Under the pieces are notes generated by a model. That model was not told the DNA's origin. It worked only from the letters and a program-made list of their open reading frames with translations, and searched no databases. A program made the translations under genes and the position numbers. Shown here one piece after another: positions 29,264-38,691 of a DNA stretch of 64,000 nt (the first letter of the stretch is position 1; each line of letters begins with the position of its first letter). Source of the DNA: Spirochaetia bacterium (GTDB lineage Bacteria > Spirochaetota > Spirochaetia > DSM-2461); NCBI GenBank assembly GCA_963668315.1, contig OY764216.1:5312001-5376000 (forward strand), read 5' to 3'.

Positions 29264-30622
29264 TTAGTTTTCTTCACTATTTCCACAAAAACCGATTTTT
29301 ACGGTGAACAGGACGGAATCCCCGGCGTTCTCGGCCCCTATCGTTCCCCCGTGGATACGGGCGATGGCCTGGGCGATGGATAATCCCAGGCCGGAGCCAT
29401 GCCCCTCCCGGGAACGGCTGCCCCGGTACAGGCGGTCGAAGATCCGCAGGAGATCCCTCTCGGGGATATGGCCCGTATTGCGGACCTCGAAGACCGTATC
29501 CTGAGCCTCTTTCCTCAGGGAAACGCCAACCAGTCCTCCCGCTTCCCCATACTGCAGTGCATTCTGAATGACATTGGAGAGGCATCGCTGCATGAGAGCT
29601 TCATCGGCCTCAAAGGAGAATGACTCACCGGAAAATGTCAGGGTAAGTCCCTTCTGTCCGGCGAGGAAGGAAAATCGATCTTCCATCTCTTCGAGAAAAA
29701 GAAGGGACTGAATCCTTTTCTTTCTGATTTTCATTTCCGGCGACTCGTAACGGCTCAGCTCCTGAAGATTCAGAACAAGCGCCTCCATCCTGCCCACTTC
29801 AGACAGAAGCCCCCTGACTCTTTCGGGATTGATCTGAAGGGCCCCGTCCACCATTGCCTCGAACTGGGATATGACCGCCGTCAGCGGTGTTTTGAGATCA
29901 TGGGCGATGTCCTGCATCCACTGGCGCCTCAGCTGCTCCTCCTTCGCCAGCTGATGCTGAAGGTTCAGGGCGGAACGGCCGATCTGGTCCAGTTCCAAAA
30001 TCCCCATTTCGGGAAAGGAAACATCCCTTCCCCCCCGGCCGAGACGGCGGATCCCCTTAACAAGAGACCCCGTCTGGCGGGAGAATCCGGTAGAGATATA
30101 CCCGGCGATGATGAGAGAGAGGACAAAGGTGAGGCATATGCCGGCGGCGACGGCCCTTATCATGGTATTGAGAAAGTCCCGGTTGGCCCTGTCGGCCAGG
30201 AAATCGACCGTATCAGATACCAGGTAGGCGATGATGTCCTCCCCTTCCCGAATCTCCACAGAAGGCGGGGAGGCGAGCAGGCCGCCCCCGGGAAGCTTGG
30301 TCGGCGAATCGGGGGGACCTTTGCTGCCCCCGCTGAAGATAAAGACCGGCTCCTTGCTGCTGTCGAAGATATGCACGTAAAGGGAATCGGTCAGATAAGG
30401 TGACAGGACCTCCTCCAGCCCTTCCTCGGATAACTCGCCGTTGAGGCGGTAGGATTTTGAGATCAGGGGTATCAGCACGGTTTCCAGGTCCTTCCGCTTT
30501 CCCTGATTCCAGCTTGAGATGGATGTTCTGATAGCCAATGTGAGAATAAGGGAAATGACGGTGAGTGTAAGCAGGGATGAAAAAAGCAGGCCGAGAAAAA
30601 GTTTTGAGAAAACGCTTCTCAT
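29264..30622 (-). CDS. HisKA sensor histidine kinase
   Basis: Two TM segments, HAMP-like linker, IAHDLKTPL, NVIQNALQY, GSGLGLSI. Confidence 0.93.
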   Translation of the reverse strand: MRSVFSKLFLGLLFSSLLTLTVISLILTLAIRTSISSWNQGKRKDLETVLIPLISKSYRLNGELSEEGLEEVLSPYLTDSLYVHIFDSSKEPVFIFSGGSKGPPDSPTKLPGGGLLASPPSVEIREGEDIIAYLVSDTVDFLADRANRDFLNTMIRAVAAGICLTFVLSLIIAGYISTGFSRQTGSLVKGIRRLGRGGRDVSFPEMGILELDQIGRSALNLQHQLAKEEQLRRQWMQDIAHDLKTPLTAVISQFEAMVDGALQINPERVRGLLSEVGRMEALVLNLQELSRYESPEMKIRKKRIQSLLFLEEMEDRFSFLAGQKGLTLTFSGESFSFEADEALMQRCLSNVIQNALQYGEAGGLVGVSLRKEAQDTVFEVRNTGHIPERDLLRIFDRLYRGSRSREGHGSGLGLSIAQAIARIHGGTIGAENAGDSVLFTVKIGFCGNSEEN

Positions 30623-31320
30623 GACTCCCCGTCCTCCGTGCCTCCGTTAAAGCGGTAACCGAACCCTCTCACCGTGCCTATCCAGTCGGCATCTCCCAAT
30701 TTGGCCCTCAGATTGGCTATATGGGTGTCGACCGTCCTTTCCGAGCCCTCGAAGAGATAATTGAGGCACTCCGTCAATATCCGGCTCCTGCTGATCACGA
30801 CGGCGCTCCTTTCAGCCAGAAAAAGCAGGATCTTCCATTCCGCTCCGGTGAGATGAACTTCGTCATCGTCCAGAACGATTCGGTGGGTATCCTCGTCAAG
30901 ACGAAGCGTATGCCCCTCCAGATTCCAGCTCGTATTCTTGCGAGCCGGCGGTTCTTTGCGGGAACATCTCTTCAGAAGGGCCTCCACCCGCAGGATAAGC
31001 TCCCTGGAGGAGAAGGGCTTGACCACGTAATCGTCCGCTCCTATCTCAAACCCCAGTATCCGGTCCAATTCCGAGTCCTTGGCGGTAAGGAACATAAGGG
31101 GGATATCTCCGGAAGCACGGACCTTCCTGGCAAGTTCGAATCCGTTGCCGTCGGGAAGCATCACATCGAGAATCATTAGGTCCACCGGGTTCTTCCCTAC
31201 CAGCGGGACGACCCCCTCCACTCCGGAAAACTCATAAACCTTGTGGCTATTCAGCGTCAGATAGCCGGCGATGGCTTCCCGGATGAAATCGTTGTCCTCT
31301 ACTATTACAATGCTGCTCAC
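30619..31320 (-). CDS. OmpR-family response regulator
   Basis: IVEDN, LDVMLPDG, GADDYVVKPF, RTVDTHI, TVRGFGY. Confidence 0.95.
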   Translation of the reverse strand: MSSIVIVEDNDFIREAIAGYLTLNSHKVYEFSGVEGVVPLVGKNPVDLMILDVMLPDGNGFELARKVRASGDIPLMFLTAKDSELDRILGFEIGADDYVVKPFSSRELILRVEALLKRCSRKEPPARKNTSWNLEGHTLRLDEDTHRIVLDDDEVHLTGAEWKILLFLAERSAVVISRSRILTECLNYLFEGSERTVDTHIANLRAKLGDADWIGTVRGFGYRFNGGTEDGES

Positions 31321-31330
31321 GGGAAACCTC

Positions 31331-32218
31331 CTAACGGGAATACTTGATCAGCCGCAGGGTAAAATTCCCCTTTGATTCACTCTTCCTCACCCAGTTTCCC
31401 CTGTCGTCGTATATATAGCGGGTGCCATCCATGAGGGAGCCGTCCGCGGCGATGCTCTCCTCGGACAACAGCTCTCCGTTCAGTCCGTATCGGTAGCGTA
31501 TCTCCTTTTTGAGAGTTCCGTCGGGCATCTCGAGCCTCATCAAAGTCAGCCGATCCCCTTCATAGGTATAGCTCGCGGTCTCATACGCCCCGTTGGCATC
31601 GAATCTCTTCTCCTCCGAAAGCCTTCCCCCGTCATCATAGGAGAAGGACACCCTTTTCAGAAGGCTCCCGTCCCCGAAAAGAGTCGTCCGTCCCGTAAGG
31701 AAAGATTCCTCATCATAGGTATAGCTCTCCTCGAGACTGACCGCACCGGCGGAATCCACTCGCTTCTTTCCGAGAAGGAGCCCCCCCTCGCCATAGGTAT
31801 AGAGGTCGCTCCCCTCCGGTTGTCCTTCCCCATCCAGGGACGTCTCCTTCATCAGCAGGTTGCTCTCCCCGTATTCGTACTGGTAAGTCCAGAGGATCTG
31901 ATCCGATTCGCTCCTCCCCTCGATCTTCAGGATAGCGCCCCCTCCTGAATGGGTATAGAGCTTACGGCTCTTGAGGTTGCCCTCCCCGTCAAAGAGATCT
32001 TCCTGCCGGGGGATATTCTCCGAATCCAGTACGATCCGCCTCCTGAGGGCCAGAGAGTCGAGGCTTTCGCCGGAATACTCCCGCACTTCCTCCGCGTCTC
32101 CCTGCAGGGCGGGGAGGAGAATTTCCGAAGAGAAGGGCTCGGCGGATTCCTCTGCGATCAGCGGGCAGGCGAAAAACACCATTATTAAACTTTTGATTAT
32201 CTTTGATCTCGCGGCCAT
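31331..32218 (-). CDS. Secreted YD/RHS-like beta-hairpin repeat protein
   Basis: Signal-like N-terminus; about 9 repeats of Y.Y[D/G]..G.L..(E/K) spaced ~24 aa. Confidence 0.75.
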   Translation of the reverse strand: MAARSKIIKSLIMVFFACPLIAEESAEPFSSEILLPALQGDAEEVREYSGESLDSLALRRRIVLDSENIPRQEDLFDGEGNLKSRKLYTHSGGGAILKIEGRSESDQILWTYQYEYGESNLLMKETSLDGEGQPEGSDLYTYGEGGLLLGKKRVDSAGAVSLEESYTYDEESFLTGRTTLFGDGSLLKRVSFSYDDGGRLSEEKRFDANGAYETASYTYEGDRLTLMRLEMPDGTLKKEIRYRYGLNGELLSEESIAADGSLMDGTRYIYDDRGNWVRKSESKGNFTLRLIKYSR

Positions 32219-32240
32219 AGGCTCTCCCTGATAAAAAATC

Positions 32241-32274
32241 TTTGCACAAACTTGACACAACCCGGACTTATCCT
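32241..32274 (+). promoter_or_regulatory. Putative OmpR-family direct-repeat box plus -10 element
   Basis: CACAA at 32245 and 32256 (period 11), followed by TATCCT 32269-32274. Confidence 0.45.
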
Positions 32275-32385
32275 TGAATCGGGAGGTGTACCTTAATCAC
32301 ATACTTTTTTTATGGGAGGTGGTAGAAGTAGAAAACATCTATCAAATCGGTTTATTACATTTTTGCAAAACAACGGAGGAATAAT

Positions 32386-32886
32386 ATGCGAAAAATGAAA
32401 ATTAGTCTAGTAATGACAATGGCAGGCCTTTTGGCTCTTCCCATGGTGATGGGCCAGGAAGTGAAAGGCACGGAGCCGGCGGACGGGATTATGACTCTGC
32501 TGGAAAATGAGGAATCGGCCCGGTCCTACCTTGCCCTGGTGCAGGCGGGCGAAGTCGATGAACAGCTCGGCGACCTTAAGGATTCTACGGTCGTGGTCTA
32601 CTCAAACGCCCAGCTTACGGATTTCCGGGACAACAGACAAATCGATCTGAGCGATTCTGCCATAGCGGAAAAGCTCGTGCTCTCCAATGTCATCGACGGA
32701 AGCATCACCCCCGAGAGCTTTCCCGAAAGGGGGACGGCGCTCAATCTGCTGGGAAACGAGATCACCCTGGGAAAGGGAGATGGCGATATGATCGGTTCCC
32801 AGAAGGTAGAATTTTTAGGCGCGTACTTTTCCAAGGACGGCGAATCGCTAAACTATGTCTATCTGGTAAAAGACGCTATCAGCTGA
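32386..32886 (+). CDS. Secreted divergent fasciclin (FAS1)-like protein
   Basis: Signal peptide; SYLALVQAG..L...STVVVYSNAQL resembles H1 (TVFAPTNEAF); NYVYLVKDAI resembles H2. Confidence 0.55.
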   Translation: MRKMKISLVMTMAGLLALPMVMGQEVKGTEPADGIMTLLENEESARSYLALVQAGEVDEQLGDLKDSTVVVYSNAQLTDFRDNRQIDLSDSAIAEKLVLSNVIDGSITPESFPERGTALNLLGNEITLGKGDGDMIGSQKVEFLGAYFSKDGESLNYVYLVKDAIS

Positions 32887-32900
32887 ATTAAGGAGACCCT

Positions 32901-33167
32901 ATGAAAAACTTAAAAACCATCCTGGGAATGGCACTTATCCCCCTGATCGGAATAACCCTATTCTCATGCATGAACGACAGTGAAGCCGTTTCGGAGGCCG
33001 AAACAAGCCAGGCCATGGAAGAGGTGACGATGGAGGAGCCTGTCACGGCGGAACCGGCCGCGTTGGAACCGGAAGAGAATCTTTCAGACGAAGAGATTAC
33101 CGCCTTTGCGGGAGAACCGGTGGCCTCTGAGCCGGAAGAAGCCGAGGAGGCGACTCTGGAATTATAG
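32901..33167 (+). CDS. Small acidic lipoprotein
   Basis: AAGGAG SD, LFSC lipobox, Glu/Ala/Pro-rich mature part. Confidence 0.75.
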   Translation: MKNLKTILGMALIPLIGITLFSCMNDSEAVSEAETSQAMEEVTMEEPVTAEPAALEPEENLSDEEITAFAGEPVASEPEEAEEATLEL

Positions 33168-33191
33168 GAAATACCGAAACCAGCCAAATCG

Positions 33192-33229
33192 GGGCGCCTT
33201 CCTTCCTGCCGGAGGGGGGCGCCCTTTTT
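33192..33229. terminator. Terminator between convergent genes
   Basis: GGGCGCCTTCCTTCC-TGCC-GGAGGGGGGCGCCC followed by TTTTT. Confidence 0.85.
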
Positions 33230-34345
33230 CTAAAGGACACCGCCCCCCAGCTTTTTATGGGCTTCCTTGAGCTTATCGATTATGGGAATATCCTGGGGAC
33301 ATCTTTCCTCGCACCGGCCGCACTCTATACACCGGGACGCATCGGTGCCGTTTTTCATGTTGTTTCTCTGATACAGAAGCCCGTCCACCCAGTGCTTGGT
33401 GAGCCTCTTCATATTGTACTGGGCAAAAATCTCCGGAATGGCCACCCCCTCGGGGCAGGGAAGGCAGTACCCGCATCCCGTGCAGGCCACGGCGAAGGCT
33501 TCCTCATAGGCCGCCTGGAGCTTTTTCAGGAAAGCCTTGTCGTCATCGGTCAGATGACCCGCCGGCGCATGGGAGAATATCCTGATATTATCCTTGAGCT
33601 GCTCCAGATCGGACGTACCGGAGAGAACCACCTTCACCTCCCGGTTGTCCGTCAGAAAACGGAAAGCCCACTCCACCAGGGACCAGGACCGGGGATTCTC
33701 CTTCATCAGCTTTCTCACGGGGGGCGGGACGAAGCGGGTCAGGGCGCCTCCGCGCAGGGGCTCCATGATAACCACGGGAATTCCCCGGGCCGCCGCATCC
33801 ATGAGACCTTCCCGGCCCGCCTGGTTATGCTCGTCCAGAATATTCAGCTGAATCTGGATCATCTCCCAGTCGTAAGCGTTCAGAACGGTCTGAAAGTGGT
33901 GGTAGGGTCCGTGGAAGGAACAGGCCCGGTGAAGGATTTTCCCCTTCGCCGTCATCCGGTCCAGAAATTCAAGGGCGTCGAACTGCCGGGCCAACTCCCA
34001 GTGGGTCGTATTCATATCGTGGAGCAGATAGATATCCACCGCCTCCACGCCCAGGCGCAGGAGCTCTTCATCAAGAAATCCTTCCAGATCCGCCGCGGAA
34101 CGGGCTTTCCAGACAGGACATTTGGTCGCCAGAACCGCCTTGTCCCGGTACCCGTCCCGCAAAGCCCGGCCGACTATCTCCTCGCTCCCCGGATAGGCAT
34201 AAGCCGTATCCAGATAGTTCACCCCGTTGTCCAGGGCGTAACGCACCATCTCCTCCGCCTCACCGGCCGATGAGGGAAACCGCATGCATCCCAGCCCGAA
34301 CCGGGAAACTTTGAGACCTGTCCTGCCTAAATCAACATATTCCAT
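33230..34345 (-). CDS. Aldo/keto reductase with C-terminal 4Fe-4S dicluster domain
   Basis: GLGCMRFP, DTAYAY, LATK, YLLH, MEPLRGG; CTGCGYCLPCP and CIECGRCEERCP. Confidence 0.93.
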   Translation of the reverse strand: MEYVDLGRTGLKVSRFGLGCMRFPSSAGEAEEMVRYALDNGVNYLDTAYAYPGSEEIVGRALRDGYRDKAVLATKCPVWKARSAADLEGFLDEELLRLGVEAVDIYLLHDMNTTHWELARQFDALEFLDRMTAKGKILHRACSFHGPYHHFQTVLNAYDWEMIQIQLNILDEHNQAGREGLMDAAARGIPVVIMEPLRGGALTRFVPPPVRKLMKENPRSWSLVEWAFRFLTDNREVKVVLSGTSDLEQLKDNIRIFSHAPAGHLTDDDKAFLKKLQAAYEEAFAVACTGCGYCLPCPEGVAIPEIFAQYNMKRLTKHWVDGLLYQRNNMKNGTDASRCIECGRCEERCPQDIPIIDKLKEAHKKLGGGVL

Positions 34346-34447
34346 ATTCCTACACTAACCAATCAGATAACAGTATAAAGAACCTCTTGTAAAACGGGCA
34401 GATCATCCCGCCTGGTCTTCGCCATGGGATGCCCCTCCCGTGTGGTT

Positions 34448-35227
34448 CTACCAGCCGCCGGAGGCACCTCCGCCCCCGAACCCGCCGCCTCCGCCGGAGA
34501 ATCCTCCTCCGCCGCCGAATCCTCCGCCGCCGAACCCGCCGCGATGGCTGGAATTACTCAGAAGGGAGCCCCAGAACAGAGCCCTGAACAAACCTCCCCT
34601 TCCCCGCCCTCTCCGGCCCAGACCGGCGAACAGAATGAAGAGAATGAAGAACAGAAAATTAAGAGAGACGCCCCCCGAAGAGGAGCGGGATGAGGAAGAG
34701 CTCTGGGCCCGCTGATACCGGGCCAGTTCCTCGGCTGATATGTCGGAAGCGCCGGAGACGACTCCCGTGGCGGCTAAGACTCCCCGCTTAATACCCTCCG
34801 CATAATCGCCCTGGCGGAAATAGGGAAGAATCTCCTCCCTTATGATAAAACCGCTCTTTATATCGGTCAGACTGCCTTCCACGCCGTATCCCACTTCCAG
34901 GCGGACCTTCTTCTCATTCAGGGCCACCAGCAGCAGGATGCCGTTATCCCGGTCCGCCTGTCCCAGTTTCCACTCCTCCGCCACTTCCATGGAGTAGCCT
35001 TCCAGGGATTCTCCCTTCAGGCTGTCGATGGTCAGAACGGCCATCTGGGCGGACGTCTGATTCTGGAACGCCAGAAGGATCTCCTCCAGCTCCCGTTCCT
35101 CACGGGAAGAGAGAACATGGGCGTTGTCCACCACCGGGCCGTCCAGGGAAGGAACTTTCAGAGCCCAGAGAGAAACCGTCATGGCAAGCAGGAAGATCCC
35201 CGCCAGAAATATACGAAATCGTCTCAT
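34448..35227 (-). CDS. TPM-domain membrane protein (YgcG-like) with Gly-rich tail
   Basis: VVDNAHVLS, WKLGQ..RDNGILLLVA, EVGYGVEG, GGGFGGGGASGGW. Confidence 0.92.
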   Translation of the reverse strand: MRRFRIFLAGIFLLAMTVSLWALKVPSLDGPVVDNAHVLSSREERELEEILLAFQNQTSAQMAVLTIDSLKGESLEGYSMEVAEEWKLGQADRDNGILLLVALNEKKVRLEVGYGVEGSLTDIKSGFIIREEILPYFRQGDYAEGIKRGVLAATGVVSGASDISAEELARYQRAQSSSSSRSSSGGVSLNFLFFILFILFAGLGRRGRGRGGLFRALFWGSLLSNSSHRGGFGGGGFGGGGGFSGGGGGFGGGGASGGW

Positions 35228-35229
35228 GG

Positions 35230-35904
35230 TCAGTCCTCCAGTATGGTCAGGCCGTCGGACAATTCATTGGTATCATCGTCCTTGATGGGAAAGTGCTCCG
35301 CCAGAAGGGTTCCGCAGGCATCCACCGCTTCAATCAGGGAGTCGGTAAACCGGTCGGCCTTAATGCCCTCTATAAGCCCGGACAGAATCCCGTCCCAGGC
35401 GCTCTGGTCCACCTTGGCATTAATGCCCTTATCCGCCAGAATTTCCACCCGCTGTTCCCGGCGGGAGACGAAAATGAGAATCCCCGTCCGGTCACGGGTA
35501 TCGAAAAGGCCGGCTTCCATGAAATGAAGGGACGCTCTCTTTGCCACCTCCCCGGCCATGAAGGCCCGGGGGACAATCAGCCTGTCAAAACCGGGGATGT
35601 TGGCGATCAGATAAAGAACTCCCGACACCCCGATAAAACCTCCTCCCATGAAGAGGGTCAGATAAACAGGCCGGTAGTCCCAGAAAAGATTTTCCGCCCA
35701 GAGAGAAATCCGCCCGAAAAGCAGGAGGGCGATAAAGTAAAAAATAACTCCTCCGGTCAGGGCGAAAAGCAGCTCATGCAGGGCGTAGTCGGAACTCTCT
35801 TCGATAAGAGCCGTGGCAATCTCCCCGGAGGTCTTCTTTTCCGCCCGGGCCACCGCCTCTTCTATCCTTCTATGCTCCTCTTCGCTGACTTTATACGCTT
35901 TCAT
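35230..35904 (-). CDS. TPM-domain membrane protein
   Basis: AEKKTSGEI, TRDRTGILIFVS, ILADKGI, HFP...DTNELSD. Confidence 0.9.
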   Translation of the reverse strand: MKAYKVSEEEHRRIEEAVARAEKKTSGEIATALIEESSDYALHELLFALTGGVIFYFIALLLFGRISLWAENLFWDYRPVYLTLFMGGGFIGVSGVLYLIANIPGFDRLIVPRAFMAGEVAKRASLHFMEAGLFDTRDRTGILIFVSRREQRVEILADKGINAKVDQSAWDGILSGLIEGIKADRFTDSLIEAVDACGTLLAEHFPIKDDDTNELSDGLTILED

Positions 35905-36494
35905 CAGAATTCCACCTGAGGGGCGCTCTGAGCGGCATCGGAGGCTTCAAAATAGGTTTTCCTCTCAAAGCCGGCGATGTTCGCCACCAGAGCCTGGGGA
36001 AATCGGCGGATGTAGCTGTTATAGGCATTCACCGCATCATTGAACCGCTTCCTCTCCACGGCGATACGGTTTTCCGTTCCCTCCAGCTGATCCTGCAGGG
36101 CCAGAAAATTCTGGTTGGCCTTCAGATCGGGATACTGTTCGGAGACAACCATGAGCCTCTGCAGGGCACCGGAAAGCTCCCCCTGGGCCTGCTGGAACCG
36201 CTCGAAAGCCTCCGGATCCTGGAGCACTTCATCGGAGATATTCATCACGCCGCCCACTTTGGAACGAGCTTCGATGACGGCCGTCAGGGTTTCTTCCTCA
36301 TGGGACGCGTAACCCTTTACCGTTTCCACCAGGTTGGGGATCAGATCCATCCGCCTCTGGTAGACATTCTGCACCTGACCCCAGGCCGCGCTCACACCCT
36401 CGTCCAGGGTCACCATGCGATTGTAACCGCAGCTCTGCAGGGACAGGGCCGCTATGGCTATAAGAATTCCGAATTTGAAGTTTTTCCGTTTCAT
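35904..36494 (-). CDS. lemA: LemA family lipoprotein
   Basis: SCGYN, YQRRMDLIPNLVETVKGYA, YPDLKANQNF, LEGTENRI. Confidence 0.95.
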   Translation of the reverse strand: MKRKNFKFGILIAIAALSLQSCGYNRMVTLDEGVSAAWGQVQNVYQRRMDLIPNLVETVKGYASHEEETLTAVIEARSKVGGVMNISDEVLQDPEAFERFQQAQGELSGALQRLMVVSEQYPDLKANQNFLALQDQLEGTENRIAVERKRFNDAVNAYNSYIRRFPQALVANIAGFERKTYFEASDAAQSAPQVEF

Positions 36495-36656
36495 GTCATC
36501 TCCCGGGAATGGCATTGTATTGGACTCGCACCGTTCCCACGGAAACTAATATACTCATATTTCTTTTTCCGAACAACCGAAAAGGGGAAATTCACCCGAA
36601 GGGGTGATTAAAAAAAGGACTAGCCAATATCAGCCCGGGGAATCTATAATGGAGCC

Positions 36657-37580
36657 ATGTTATTGTTAGCCGCTCCCGTCCTGATTATTCTTTTTGCCGC
36701 GACCTTCCGTTTTCTGGGAAGATATGCCGCCAGGGCCTTTGCCCTGCCTAAGGTAAAATCGGAGGAGGAGGCTCTGCGCCTCTGTACCGAAGAGTTTCTG
36801 GATTTTGACAGGGAGTGGTTCGATTCCCTCAATTTCGAACCTTTCACCGTCAGTTCCCCCCGGGGGTACGAGCTGCACGGGGTATGCCTCAAGGGAACGG
36901 GCAACAGAACAATCGTTCTCTGCCACGGCCATACTTTCACCTGGCACGGCCAGGTGAAATACATGCCCCTTCTCATCAAGCAGGGATGGAACATCATTGC
37001 CTACAACCACCGCTTTCACGGGACCAGCGGAGGGGACTGCTGTACCGCCGGCTACTACGAGAAACAGGATCTGAAGCTTATCTGCGACTGGGCCTTCGCC
37101 CGCTTTCCCTCGACCCGGAAATTCGGGGTCCAGGGAGAATCGATGGGTGCCGCCACGGTTCTGCAGTATCTTCCCATGGACAGCCGCCTGGACTTTGTCT
37201 GGGCCGACTGCCCCTACAGCGATCTGGAAGAGCTGTACCATTATCAGCTGGGAGCGATCATGAAAATCCCCCGTTTCCTCCACGGCCCCATTCTCTACTT
37301 TGCCGACCGTTTTTTCAGGAAGCGCTGCCGTTTCTCCCTGGCCGATGTATCCCCGAAAAGGGAGATCATGAAAAAACCGGTTCCCCTCTTTCTGGCACAC
37401 GGCTCCATTGATGCCTACGTACCCACATACATGTCCAAGCAGATGTACGAATCGCGCCAGCAGTACGCCCCCACCTATCTCGTCCTTATTGGGGGTGCCC
37501 GCCATGCGGAGGCCTACAAAACGGATACGGCCGAATATAACAAACAGCTTAAGATTTTCCTGGAGGCCTACGGTGAATAA
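36657..37580 (+). CDS. Membrane-anchored alpha/beta hydrolase
   Basis: N-terminal TM, CHG, GESMG nucleophile elbow, HGSID, ARH. Confidence 0.9.
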   Translation: MLLLAAPVLIILFAATFRFLGRYAARAFALPKVKSEEEALRLCTEEFLDFDREWFDSLNFEPFTVSSPRGYELHGVCLKGTGNRTIVLCHGHTFTWHGQVKYMPLLIKQGWNIIAYNHRFHGTSGGDCCTAGYYEKQDLKLICDWAFARFPSTRKFGVQGESMGAATVLQYLPMDSRLDFVWADCPYSDLEELYHYQLGAIMKIPRFLHGPILYFADRFFRKRCRFSLADVSPKREIMKKPVPLFLAHGSIDAYVPTYMSKQMYESRQQYAPTYLVLIGGARHAEAYKTDTAEYNKQLKIFLEAYGE

Positions 37581-38688
37581 AAAACAGTACTATGCCGCCT
37601 TTGATATCGGGGCGGGACGGGGGACAAAGATCGGACTCTTTACCACCGATCTTAAGTGCCTCTCCGAAACACTCCTGCCCCTGGACCATTACGGGAGGGA
37701 TTTCGACCATTTTGCCGATTCCCTTCTGGACCATCTGGACAAAGCCACGGGCATGGAGGGATTGGACCGCAAGAACCTTCTGGCCGTGGGGATTTCCACG
37801 GCGGGGATCATTGGTCATGACGGCTCCTTTGTCCTCTTTCATAACCAAAGCCGTTTTAACGGCTGCAACCTGAAGCTACGCTTTGAATCGGCCCTGGACC
37901 GTCCGGCCAGCATCGCCAACGATGCCGATGCGGGGGGACTGGCCGAGTGGAGCGTCCTGAGGACCGAGCTGCTCTACTGGGTATTCGGCGGAGGATGGGG
38001 CGGCTCCTGGATCAGTGCCGACGGGGATATACGATTTCCCTCCAACGGATGGGACGGCCGGGACAGCACCCTGCACTACACGAACGAGCCGGGCTACTCC
38101 ATTCCCCTGGATAAATTCCGCCTGCGCCTTCTCTTCAACGAGGTCAACGCCTCCTACGACCTCTTTGAAAAGCAGCTGACAGAAGACGAGACCCTGCCGG
38201 AAACGATCATTCTGGGCCCCGACAATAACCCGGATACGCTCCGGGCCGAGATCATTCTCTCCGGCGCGGGCCGGTGCCGCCTGTTCCGATCCCTGGTAGG
38301 GGACGATACTTTCTACGAGAAATTCCTGGATATACACGAAGTGAAGGAGATGCTCGATCCTACCGTGGCCGGGCGGCATATAGACAAATTGTCCAGCCTC
38401 CGGGTGGAAGCGGCCATCAACACGGACCGCCTCTACGGAAAGATCCTGGCCGAAGCCTCTCGCCTCCTGCTCAAGAAAGCCGCCTCGGACGGAATGAGAG
38501 AGGGACTTCCCATCTGTCTGGGGGGTAAGCCGAGTTACGCCCTGCCCTACTTCGGTCCCTCCTGCCAGAGGCTTCTTGGCAAGATGGGATACATGAACTA
38601 CCTGCGCCCCTCCGTGCTGGATGAACGGGGCTCCAACGCCAACCTGATCGGCGCGGCCGTACTGGCCGGGAAATGCCTCTCGGACTGA
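37573..38688 (+). CDS. Divergent ROK-family kinase
   Basis: AFDIGAG..TKIG, GISTAG, IANDADAGGLAE, ANLIGAA; GTG start with GGAGG SD overlapping the upstream gene. Confidence 0.8.
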   Translation: MNKKQYYAAFDIGAGRGTKIGLFTTDLKCLSETLLPLDHYGRDFDHFADSLLDHLDKATGMEGLDRKNLLAVGISTAGIIGHDGSFVLFHNQSRFNGCNLKLRFESALDRPASIANDADAGGLAEWSVLRTELLYWVFGGGWGGSWISADGDIRFPSNGWDGRDSTLHYTNEPGYSIPLDKFRLRLLFNEVNASYDLFEKQLTEDETLPETIILGPDNNPDTLRAEIILSGAGRCRLFRSLVGDDTFYEKFLDIHEVKEMLDPTVAGRHIDKLSSLRVEAAINTDRLYGKILAEASRLLLKKAASDGMREGLPICLGGKPSYALPYFGPSCQRLLGKMGYMNYLRPSVLDERGSNANLIGAAVLAGKCLSD

Positions 38689-38691
38689 TGG

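Noticed and set aside
26503..29307. 934-aa plus-strand ORF, and similar long antisense ORFs (15417-17006, 17288-18778, 21406-22671, 38707-39807)
   Set aside because: Exact shadows of well-supported genes on the opposite strand, expected from GC-rich third codon positions; no recognisable motifs
31331..32218. RHS polymorphic toxin
   Set aside because: Under 300 aa, with no RHS core terminus, toxin tip or immunity gene
34424..34715. Pro-rich and Ala-rich plus-strand ORFs
   Set aside because: Antisense to the Gly-rich tail of the TPM protein
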